Below, piece after piece: positions 16,884 through 24,698 of a stretch of 29,356 nt of DNA. The stretch spans positions 1-29,356 of the forward strand of contig JBMSAQ010000003.1 in the NCBI GenBank assembly GCA_049414405.1, written 5' to 3'. Positions within the stretch are counted from its first letter, which is position 1. Each line of letters starts with the position of its first letter. The translations under genes and the position numbers were made by a program. Source of the DNA: Candidatus Nanopusillus sp. GTDB taxonomy: Archaea; Nanobdellota; Nanobdellia; Nanobdellales; Nanobdellaceae. Below the pieces are notes generated by a model. It searched no databases, was not told the origin of the DNA, and saw only the letters and a program-made list of their open reading frames with translations.

Positions 16884-17867
16884 ATGAATGAAATAATTCC
16901 CCTACTGATATTTGATATGATGATATTAATGTATTCATCGTATCAAGATATAAAATATAAATCTGTAGATGATATAATAATATACATTTTATTGATATTT
17001 AATGTATTTTATTTTTCATATTTGATTGTTCAAAATATTTATTCAATAAATCTTATATTTTCATATTTAATTCTTTTATTTTTCATATTATTGTATTTAT
17101 TTAGACTGTTAGCTATTGGAGATTTGTATATTTTCTTTTCAATATTCCTTCTGTTATCGTTTTTTTCCCTATATGAGATGTTATTATTTTTATTTTATTT
17201 AGTATTGTTTGGATTTATATTTCATAATATAGAAGCCATTAAAATATATAAAGAAAATAGAAAAAAATATTATATTTCTATTTTTAATATCATCTCAATA
17301 TTGGCTTCTATATATTTTATTAACATTTTCTTTTTATATCTTAATATCTATTATTTATTAATTTCTTTAATTTTCATATATATGCCATACCTTTTATTTA
17401 GGTATATATCAAGTGATTTGGAAAAAAGGTTGACATTTATAAGAAATGTAAATGAATTAGTTGAGGGTGATTGGATAGAAGATGGAATAGAACTCAATAG
17501 TATAAAGGAAGAAGATAGAAAAATATTAACAAAATATTTTGATATTTATGAAAAAAATAATAAATATATATTAAAATTTAAGAATAATATTAAATTAGTA
17601 AATTCTTTTATTATATTAATAATTGCAACTTTACCACTAATATTTTATCTTTTAAATGAAGTTTTCTTTTATTATTTTATACCATTTATTATAATATTTT
17701 ATCACATATTTCAGAATAAATTGTTTTTTGGAAAATTTGGTCTTTCAAAAGAAGAAATTAATATATTAAGAAAATTAGGAGAATATAATGATATAAAAGT
17801 AAAAGTAAAGGAAGGAGCCCCATTTATTCCACCAATATTTCTTTCTTTAATGCTCTTACTGATATGA
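16884..17867 (+). CDS. A24-family aspartic peptidase-like membrane protein (FlaK/PibD-type prepilin/preflagellin peptidase) with extra C-terminal region
   Basis: Polytopic membrane protein with Asp22 in SSYQDIKYKSV and Asp80 in LLAIGDLYIF (GxGD-like). The position and spacing match what I recall for the two catalytic Asp of PibD/FlaK. About 90 extra residues include a soluble insert (RNVNELVEGDWIEDGIELNSIKEEDRK...). Confidence 0.55.
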   Translation: MNEIIPLLIFDMMILMYSSYQDIKYKSVDDIIIYILLIFNVFYFSYLIVQNIYSINLIFSYLILLFFILLYLFRLLAIGDLYIFFSIFLLLSFFSLYEMLLFLFYLVLFGFIFHNIEAIKIYKENRKKYYISIFNIISILASIYFINIFFLYLNIYYLLISLIFIYMPYLLFRYISSDLEKRLTFIRNVNELVEGDWIEDGIELNSIKEEDRKILTKYFDIYEKNNKYILKFKNNIKLVNSFIILIIATLPLIFYLLNEVFFYYFIPFIIIFYHIFQNKLFFGKFGLSKEEINILRKLGEYNDIKVKVKEGAPFIPPIFLSLMLLLI

Positions 17868-18880
17868 AATATGAGATAATAGATAAGAAAACAATAAAAA
17901 TCAGGGTAGAAGATGAAGTAGATTTATTATATTTATATAAAATAGTCAATGTGGGGGATATAATAGAAGGATATGATTATAGAACATTAAAATTTGAGAA
18001 TGAAAAAGAAAAGAAAAAAATAAAAGTGAAAATAGAAGTTGAAAATATTAAATTTTCCGAATATAAAGATTCGTTAAGGATTTCTGGAAAAATAATTGAT
18101 TCCAATGATGAAGATTCCATTGGACATTATCATACATTTGATATAAGGATATCTACAGAATTTATATTACATAAAAAGGAAGAAATAAAAAAATATGAAG
18201 AAAAAATATTGGAAAAATCTTCTAGAAAAAAAGAAAATATTTTTGTAATATCTATAGATAGTAATGATATAGCTTTAGGTATAATAAATAATGGAATAAA
18301 AATCATAAAGGAAGAATATTATAAGATAAATAAGGGAGATCCAGAAGAAAAATCAAAATTATATAAAATATTTTCAGAATTTTTAAATATATTAAAAGAT
18401 TACGATATTAAATTCTTATGTATAATCGGTCCATTATTTTATCCTGGGGAATTTTATGATTATGTAAAGGATAAATTAAATGTAAAAAATATAAGAATAT
18501 ATAAAGTATCTAACGGGGGTGTAAATGGTATATATGAATTTGTTAGGAGAACAGAATATTATGAAACAATAAAAAGTTTGGAAATTTTAGAAATAAATAA
18601 ACTAATTGATGAAATATTATATTTAATGCAAAAAAATATGGTAACATTTGGATATGATGAAGTATACAATAATGCAATGTATAATAACATAGAATATGTT
18701 TTAATTTCTGAAAACTGTTTTAAAAAAATGAAAGAAGAAAACAATATTGATAAAATTATAAATTTATTTAATATTTTAGATAAAATAGATGCGGAAATAT
18801 ATTTTGTAAGTAATAATGTTAATAATTTTGAATTAATTGATAGATTTTGTATTGTTGGGAAATTAAGGTATAAAATATAA
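17864..18880 (+). CDS. pelA: Pelota (Dom34) ribosome-rescue/mRNA surveillance factor
   Basis: The N-terminus IKIRVEDEVDLLYLYKIVNVGDIIEGYDYR matches the Pelota pattern (pE..DDLWhLyNii..GD). Length and C-terminal eRF1-like layout are consistent. Start overlaps the upstream stop (ATGA). Confidence 0.8.
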   Translation: MKYEIIDKKTIKIRVEDEVDLLYLYKIVNVGDIIEGYDYRTLKFENEKEKKKIKVKIEVENIKFSEYKDSLRISGKIIDSNDEDSIGHYHTFDIRISTEFILHKKEEIKKYEEKILEKSSRKKENIFVISIDSNDIALGIINNGIKIIKEEYYKINKGDPEEKSKLYKIFSEFLNILKDYDIKFLCIIGPLFYPGEFYDYVKDKLNVKNIRIYKVSNGGVNGIYEFVRRTEYYETIKSLEILEINKLIDEILYLMQKNMVTFGYDEVYNNAMYNNIEYVLISENCFKKMKEENNIDKIINLFNILDKIDAEIYFVSNNVNNFELIDRFCIVGKLRYKI

Positions 18881-18905
18881 ATATTAAGGAATATTTTATT
18901 TAAAT

Positions 18906-19958
18906 ATGAAAAAATTACAGACGGTAGGTTTAGGTATTTTCTTTATATTAGTAGGTATAATAATTTTTGTATATTGGATAATTCTCCCATATCAATATAA
19001 GCAATATCTAATACAGCAATTGATTAATGAAACAAATATAACTTTGTATTTTCCTTTAAATTCTTCAGATACTAGTACTAGTAATCAATATGTTTTTCAA
19101 AATATACAATTATCGAAAGGCCAAAATTATTACTATATAGCAAGTAATTATACAATAGGAAGTTATACTCCTGTATATTATATTAATTTGGGAGCTTTAA
19201 ATTTTGAAACAAATATATTTTATGGAACAGTTAGTAAGAGCCTATATTTTTATTATTCTAATGACTATAATGGAGTAAAAATTACTGCTTATTCTACATG
19301 CAATAATGGAAATTTTGATATCTATGTGAACAATTATAAATTATATTCTGGATGTCAAAATGGAGAAATAAATATTTTTGTTTCTCCAAATTATTTGCGT
19401 AATGGAGATAATGAATTAAAAATATCATTTTCTCCAAATAGCATAATATTTAATGGGAATGGAATATTGAATAATATAAATATAGAGTATTTAAAGCTTT
19501 CATCATTAAATTTTAATTATTATTACGTATTTGGAGATGTGTATATGTTTTATGATTTTTGTCCATATTTTCCTCAAAATGTAAAATTAACTATAAACGG
19601 ATTATCAATTTCTCTATCTTCATGTTATAGCTTGCTTTATCTAACTCCATATTTAAATGTTGGAGAAAATAGAATTAGTTTAATATCATCATATCCGGTT
19701 AATGTAAATAATTTATATATAGAATCAAAAAGCAGCATGTTTTATATAACATTTCCTAATAATTTAACAAATTATATATTAAATATCGTAGTTAGTCAGG
19801 GTTCTGGAGAAGTTATAATAAATAGTAATTGTACATATAATATAAATTCATCTGTTGGAGTTTATGCAATAAATATATATAATTGTTTATTGCCTGTAAA
19901 TGTATTAGGAATAAGAACAGGTGGTTATCTTAAGATAGATTATTTACAGATATCTTAA
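18906..19958 (+). CDS. Membrane-anchored surface protein with three tandem Cys-pair modules (possible jelly-roll/ligand-binding repeats)
   Basis: N-terminal TM anchor GLGIFFILVGIIIFVYWIIL. NxS/T sequons NET, NIT, NSS, NYT, NLT, NCT, NSS. Cys pairs at aa 132/150, 219/240 and 309/327, about 87-90 aa apart. Repeated motif: YVNNYKLYSGC...SPNYLRNGDNELKISFS versus TINGLSISLSSC...TPYLNVGENRISLIS. Confidence 0.6.
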   Translation: MKKLQTVGLGIFFILVGIIIFVYWIILPYQYKQYLIQQLINETNITLYFPLNSSDTSTSNQYVFQNIQLSKGQNYYYIASNYTIGSYTPVYYINLGALNFETNIFYGTVSKSLYFYYSNDYNGVKITAYSTCNNGNFDIYVNNYKLYSGCQNGEINIFVSPNYLRNGDNELKISFSPNSIIFNGNGILNNINIEYLKLSSLNFNYYYVFGDVYMFYDFCPYFPQNVKLTINGLSISLSSCYSLLYLTPYLNVGENRISLISSYPVNVNNLYIESKSSMFYITFPNNLTNYILNIVVSQGSGEVIINSNCTYNINSSVGVYAINIYNCLLPVNVLGIRTGGYLKIDYLQIS

Positions 19959-20096
19959 AATTTATAAAAAATTACTATCTATTGCATGAAGAAAAGCCAG
20001 TTTATTTAAAAATTATGTCATATAATTGGAAATAATATCTATAGTAAATTAATTTTATTATAACACTTATAAATATCTAAAAAATTTTATTTTTAT

Positions 20097-20426
20097 ATGA
20101 GTAATAGACAACTTAAACAAGATGTTAATCAGCCAAATAATACTATCACCTTAAGAATAAAGGAGGATAAAGGTTCTTCTGGCGGTGGGTTAATATTTTT
20201 GTTAATTTTAATAATTCTGACAGTAGTAGTTTATTTATATCATAATCAAATCCTCGGATATTTAGAAAATAATAAAATGTTTCAGACTATTAAAAATAAT
20301 ACAATACAATTTATTAATGAGAGTCAACAAGCTTTTAATATAATTCAAAATTCTTTAAGTGGAAATATTAGCTTAAATGATTTATATACATCTAATAATC
20401 AAAATACTACAAATACATCAAGTTAG
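20097..20426 (+). CDS. Small single-pass membrane protein with N/Q/T-rich ectodomain
   Basis: TM segment GGGLIFLLILIILTVVVYLY after a 27-aa polar N-terminus. The C-terminal tail has sequons NNT, NES, NIS, NTT, NTS. Confidence 0.5.
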   Translation: MSNRQLKQDVNQPNNTITLRIKEDKGSSGGGLIFLLILIILTVVVYLYHNQILGYLENNKMFQTIKNNTIQFINESQQAFNIIQNSLSGNISLNDLYTSNNQNTTNTSS

Positions 20427-20471
20427 TATTGTTATAAAAAATTTTTAAGTAATAAAATAAAAATATATTTA

Positions 20472-21446
20472 ATGAAAGCTGGAAGGTTTGTATATTTGCT
20501 GCCAATACTATTTACGGGTACTACTCTATTTTATTTTTCTACATGTCCAGTTGGTAATACTGGTACTGGAAATTCTGGATTTTTTAATATTGGAAGTTCC
20601 GATTTGCAAAAACCCCCATGGGCATTAAATCAGCCTGGAAATGTGTATTTATATATTCAAGCACCTTCATCATTAAATTATAGTGAATCAAGCGGTCTAA
20701 ATTATAAATTACCACTTATTTATATTAATAATATCTATACAATGTCGAATTCTCAACTAGAAGTTTCATATTATGTTTATAGTTATGCCTTATCATCTCC
20801 ATATTCTGGCAAATTTAACGCAGAACCAGCAATTTATAATTCTTCCTCTAAGAAACTTTCTCCTTCAAACTCAACCATCGGAAATATTGAGATATATTTA
20901 AGTCCAGGTCTTCAAATGATACCATCTCAAATACCAATAATTATAGAATATAATATATCTAATGTTGTTACTAATGTATTGATCCCATTACAATTAAACT
21001 ATTCCAATACTCAAACAATATCGAGTAAAACTGTATATTACTCATCATCTCCAATAATACCGACATCTTCTAATATTAATGTAAATGAAACTAATGGAAA
21101 TATAGATTTTTTGATAGCCTTTAAAGATTCTGTTGGATGCTTTAGTAACACATATTCTAATAATCAGGCCACTTTTAATGTAAATGCAGAATTATATATT
21201 ATTGGAGCAAATAAAATACACATACCAAATGGTGGTAAAGGATTCTTATGTAGTCCAACACAAAATGTACAAATAAATTCATCTACAATATCATGTAGGA
21301 TAAATATACAACAATTAGCCCAAAACTATCCGGAAATTAAGAATCTATTAAATTCAAATTTAGGATTGCCAGCATATGTTTTAATGAATCTATCATATAA
21401 TTGTTATGAAAAGAGAGTGTATAATATCCGAGTAATCAAAACTTAA
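20472..21446 (+). CDS. Secreted/surface protein, S/N/Y-rich, heavily sequon-bearing
   Basis: N-terminal hydrophobic signal-like segment MKAGRFVYLLPILFTGTTLFYFSTC. At least 8 NxS/T sequons (NYS, NSS, NST, NIS, NYS, NET, NSS, NLS). No recognisable enzymatic motif. Confidence 0.6.
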   Translation: MKAGRFVYLLPILFTGTTLFYFSTCPVGNTGTGNSGFFNIGSSDLQKPPWALNQPGNVYLYIQAPSSLNYSESSGLNYKLPLIYINNIYTMSNSQLEVSYYVYSYALSSPYSGKFNAEPAIYNSSSKKLSPSNSTIGNIEIYLSPGLQMIPSQIPIIIEYNISNVVTNVLIPLQLNYSNTQTISSKTVYYSSSPIIPTSSNINVNETNGNIDFLIAFKDSVGCFSNTYSNNQATFNVNAELYIIGANKIHIPNGGKGFLCSPTQNVQINSSTISCRINIQQLAQNYPEIKNLLNSNLGLPAYVLMNLSYNCYEKRVYNIRVIKT

Positions 21447-21492
21447 AATCATATTGTAAATTTAATAAGCATTTTTAATAATATTCTAAAAA

Positions 21493-22269
21493 ATGTATAA
21501 GAGAAAAGATTCGCCAAAGGTAAACGATTATGTTATATGTACTGTAACTAGTATATCGGATGTAGATGTAAAAGTTAGTTTAGACGAATTTGAAGATTTT
21601 AATGGAATAATTCCAATAGATGAATTATCAAATAGAAGAATTACAAATCCAAGAATTTTGGTTAGAGAGGGTGAAAAGATTGTATGTTTAGTTCTTGATG
21701 TAGATGCACAGAATAGATTAGTTATTGTATCACTAAAAAGAGTTGATAAAAATAAACAAAAAGCAAAAATCTTCGAATATAAAAGAGAAATGGTTGCTTA
21801 TAATATATTGAAAATGATGAATGAAAAAGGAGATATAGATATGAATAAGCTGGAAAAAGAGATAATATTTAAAATAGTTCCAGAAAATAAACTATATAAC
21901 GTATTTTTAGAAACTTATATCAATGGAAAAGGTGTTTTAGATAAATATAAAATAAGTAAAAAATATTCCGATCTATTATATAAGTATATAATAAATTATC
22001 TAAATCCACCAAAATATGAATTTGCATATATATTACAAGCATATTGTTTAGATGGGGATGGAATATACAAGGTAAAAGAATTTCTTAAAAAGATAAAGGA
22101 TTTAAATATAACAATAAAATATTTAGGATCACCTACATATATGTTAAAGTATGTTACCACAAGCCCGTCTGATCTGCAAAAAAAAGAAAAAGAGATGTTG
22201 GAATTAATAAATAAAGAAGCTAAAAATTATAATATAATTTATGAAATAAGTAAATATGAAAGAGATTAG
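21493..22269 (+). CDS. eif2a: Translation initiation factor aIF2 alpha subunit
   Basis: N-terminal S1/OB domain PKVNDYVICTVTSISDVDVKVSLDEFEDFNGIIPIDELSNRRI..PRILVREGEKIVCLVLDVD, followed by helical and alpha-beta domains of the right length (258 aa). Confidence 0.88.
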   Translation: MYKRKDSPKVNDYVICTVTSISDVDVKVSLDEFEDFNGIIPIDELSNRRITNPRILVREGEKIVCLVLDVDAQNRLVIVSLKRVDKNKQKAKIFEYKREMVAYNILKMMNEKGDIDMNKLEKEIIFKIVPENKLYNVFLETYINGKGVLDKYKISKKYSDLLYKYIINYLNPPKYEFAYILQAYCLDGDGIYKVKEFLKKIKDLNITIKYLGSPTYMLKYVTTSPSDLQKKEKEMLELINKEAKNYNIIYEISKYERD

Positions 22270-22432
22270 AAAATGTAAAAATTGTGGAATATATACATTT
22301 AAAGAAATCTGCCCAACCTGTGGTGATAAAACATCTAGAATGACACCTCCTAAATTTTCTCCAGATGATAAGTGGGGTAATTATAGAAGAAAAATGAAAA
22401 AGGAAACTTTATATAAAAATAATGTACTATAA
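22256..22432 (+). CDS. nop10: H/ACA RNP protein Nop10 (58 aa; absent from the supplied ORF track)
   Basis: Hand translation gives MKEIRKCKNCGIYTFKEICPTCGDKTSRMTPPKFSPDDKWGNYRRKMKKETLYKNNVL. This has the Nop10 zinc ribbon (C..C...CP.CG) and the PP.FSP.DK...YRR motif. The ATG lies 14 nt inside the aIF2-alpha 3' end in another frame. Confidence 0.85.
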   Translation: MKEIRKCKNCGIYTFKEICPTCGDKTSRMTPPKFSPDDKWGNYRRKMKKETLYKNNVL

Positions 22433-23237
22433 TATATTTATGGAATTCATAATCAATAAAGAAAAAATAAAAAGTATGAATAATATAGTTTTTCTTTATT
22501 CAATAGGCGGAGGATTTGGAAACTTATCAAAAATAGTTGGAAAAAAATTAATAGAAACTTATAATGGAAAAATAGTTGGAAGGATAATAACAGATTTCTT
22601 TCCAGATGTGGTTAAAATAAATGAAAAAGGATATATATCAGATAATATAAGTTATAAATTATATTATGTTCCGATTGGAAATTATAACTTTTTAGTATTG
22701 TATGGGGACTTTCAGATAATGATTTTAGAAGATCCAGGGTTATCTCTATATTTCAGATACAAATTTATGAATAAGTTATTTAGAATAATAAGTAAGTTTA
22801 ATTTATTAGAATTAAGTATAATTGGTGGAATAGGTTCACATCAATTAGAACCAGAAAATCCAAATTATTTGTTTGCATTAAATAAATATTATGATATTAA
22901 TAAGATAAGGGAAAAATTAAAAGAACTAAATTTATATAAATCAAATAATGTTATTGGAATGAGCGGATTATTCTTATATTATTCTCAATTATTCAAAAAA
23001 CCAGCCTATCTGTTATTAGTTGAAACATATTTATCGAATCAAATTAATGGATATTTTGGCGCTTCAAAGGCATTAGAAGTCTTGAGTATGTTATATGACT
23101 TTCAGGTTGATACAAGTGATCTAAAGGAAAAAGGAAAGAAATTAAAAGAGAGAATAGAAAAAGATTTGGATATGATTAAGAAATTAGAGGAAGAAAGCAA
23201 GAAAAGGGAAAAAAGTTCTGGATATTATTATGGATAA
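22422..23237 (+). CDS. PAC2-family proteasome assembly chaperone homologue (PbaA/PbaB-like, COG1938-type)
   Basis: The pattern FLYSIGGGFGNLSKIVGKKLIETYNGKIVGRIITDFFPDVVKINEKG fits the PAC2 family (G.pd.G.vg....li......ig.i.s..fPp.v). The C-terminus ...SGYYYG ends in an HbYX-like tripeptide. The real start may be the ATG at 22440, just after the Nop10 stop. Confidence 0.6.
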   Translation: MYYNIFMEFIINKEKIKSMNNIVFLYSIGGGFGNLSKIVGKKLIETYNGKIVGRIITDFFPDVVKINEKGYISDNISYKLYYVPIGNYNFLVLYGDFQIMILEDPGLSLYFRYKFMNKLFRIISKFNLLELSIIGGIGSHQLEPENPNYLFALNKYYDINKIREKLKELNLYKSNNVIGMSGLFLYYSQLFKKPAYLLLVETYLSNQINGYFGASKALEVLSMLYDFQVDTSDLKEKGKKLKERIEKDLDMIKKLEEESKKREKSSGYYYG

Positions 23238-23243
23238 AAAATT

Positions 23244-23714
23244 CTATTTTATTTTTAAGGTTGTTAATGATTGATCGTCTGGCCCTTTAAAATCTTTTTT
23301 AACTTGTGCAAGATATATATTCAATACGGCGGATACTTTCATATTTATAGCTTGAGGTATCTGATTTAATAATAAATTAATCTTTTCTTTATTATATTTT
23401 ATTTCACCATCTTTTGTTATAATTTTCATTTCTTTTATATCTTCTATGTCAATTCTTGATGGTGTGTAAAATAGTATAAAATCTATTAATGAATCAAAAT
23501 CTTTGAAATCCGCATATATCTCCAAATAAGAGGACCATCCACTTATAGTTTTTCCATCTGGTGTTTTTATATCTTTTGTTATTGGATCAGCAATTTTTTT
23601 ATCTATTACCTGAAAGTTTTTGAATTTTGATACAGCCTCAAATGTTTTGTCTAAAAATTCTACTAATTTATCTTTATCGTTAGAAAATGCTTCAAAATAT
23701 AATTTTGATTTCAT
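23244..23714 (-). CDS. Hypothetical protein (156 aa), translationally coupled to L44e
   Basis: Clean ORF whose ATG overlaps the L44e stop (ATGA). No Cys and no recognisable motif, so it is not S27e. Confidence 0.5.
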   Translation of the reverse strand: MKSKLYFEAFSNDKDKLVEFLDKTFEAVSKFKNFQVIDKKIADPITKDIKTPDGKTISGWSSYLEIYADFKDFDSLIDFILFYTPSRIDIEDIKEMKIITKDGEIKYNKEKINLLLNQIPQAINMKVSAVLNIYLAQVKKDFKGPDDQSLTTLKIK

Positions 23715-24025
23715 TTTATAGCAGTTGATAACTCTACTTTTTTATATCTGCCAGTTATTTTCCATATGGATTGTTTTTTACATGTATTACATTCTAATCT
23801 AATATCTACTCCCTTAGATGTTTTTATAATACCTCTTTTTCTCTGTGTTAGAGGTCTCTTACTATATTTTCCTTTATTTCCTCTACCTTTTTTTCCTTCT
23901 CTAGCCCTTCTGGCACCCCAAACCAAACCCGTCCTAGCTTTTACGATTTTTACAATGATTACTTTATGTTCTTTAACTTCTCTGCAGTATGGACAATATT
24001 TGTTAACATTTTTTGGCAATTTCAT
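23711..24025 (-). CDS. rpl44e: 50S ribosomal protein L44e (eL42)
   Basis: MKLPKNVNKYCPYCREVKEHKV...GKKGRGNKGKYSKRP...IRLECNTCKK matches the eL42 zinc-ribbon signature (CP.C..H..H...C..C). Confidence 0.9.
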   Translation of the reverse strand: MKLPKNVNKYCPYCREVKEHKVIIVKIVKARTGLVWGARRAREGKKGRGNKGKYSKRPLTQRKRGIIKTSKGVDIRLECNTCKKQSIWKITGRYKKVELSTAIK

Positions 24026-24057
24026 TAAAGATAATTATATTAAATAATTTTATAAGT

Positions 24058-24657
24058 TTAATTGACTATTTTTCCTATTCTGGTATTTTCAAATTTTTCA
24101 GCAAAATTAGTATTTAATATCATGATATCTCCAACTTTAAAAGGTCCGTATATTTTTCCATTTGGACCAACAATTTTTGGTAATTGATTTTTTATAATAA
24201 CAATTTTCTTATCTATTTTATTTTGATGTAATACAACATTTGAATTTATATCTAAAAAGAATTTGTTAATATCAATTTCTTCTCCATTAACAATCTTATT
24301 TTGTATATTTTCCTTATACGATTTTAATATTTTTTTTATAATAGAATATAATAATCTTTCTTCTTCTTCTAAAGAATCTTCTGATATTATATTTAAGTCT
24401 TCCTTAACTTCTAGTACAGTATTACTTATTATTTTGCTAATCCTTATGTTAATTAACTCTGATAGAGATTCCTTTAGTCTATCCAACGTTGCAATAACTT
24501 CCCTATATTCTTTACTATCTGATTTATACGCTTCTAGTTGTTTTTTATATTTTTTTAACAATTCGGATACTTTAACATAAAAATCTTTTTGTAAATTTTG
24601 TAATGTTTTTTTCTCTTTCTCTTTTTGTAAGTAAGTAATTATATCAGATATATCCAT
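24058..24657 (-). CDS. GINS complex subunit (Gins51/Sld5-Psf1-like)
   Basis: N-terminal A-domain pattern LQKEKEKKTLQNLQKDFYVKVSELL...LINIRISKII and C-terminal B-domain-like LPKIVGPNGKIYGPFKVGDIMILNTNFAEKF. Motif-level recall only. Confidence 0.6.
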   Translation of the reverse strand: MDISDIITYLQKEKEKKTLQNLQKDFYVKVSELLKKYKKQLEAYKSDSKEYREVIATLDRLKESLSELINIRISKIISNTVLEVKEDLNIISEDSLEEEERLLYSIIKKILKSYKENIQNKIVNGEEIDINKFFLDINSNVVLHQNKIDKKIVIIKNQLPKIVGPNGKIYGPFKVGDIMILNTNFAEKFENTRIGKIVN

Positions 24658-24698
24658 AATAAAATATTTTTAAATTAATTTTTAAAATAGAAGAAAAT

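Noticed and set aside
18906-21446. Reading the three surface-protein N-termini as class III (type IV pilin/archaellin) signal peptides processed by the nearby A24-like peptidase.
   Set aside because: None fits the [KRDE][GA]-cleavage-[ALIFQMVED]-hydrophobic pattern as I recall it. The sequences are TVG/LGIFF (no charged -2), DKG/SSGGG (polar +1 and a 25-aa leader) and KA/GRFVY or AG/RFVY (poor +1 or -2). This is kept only as a hypothesis to test, not as a call.
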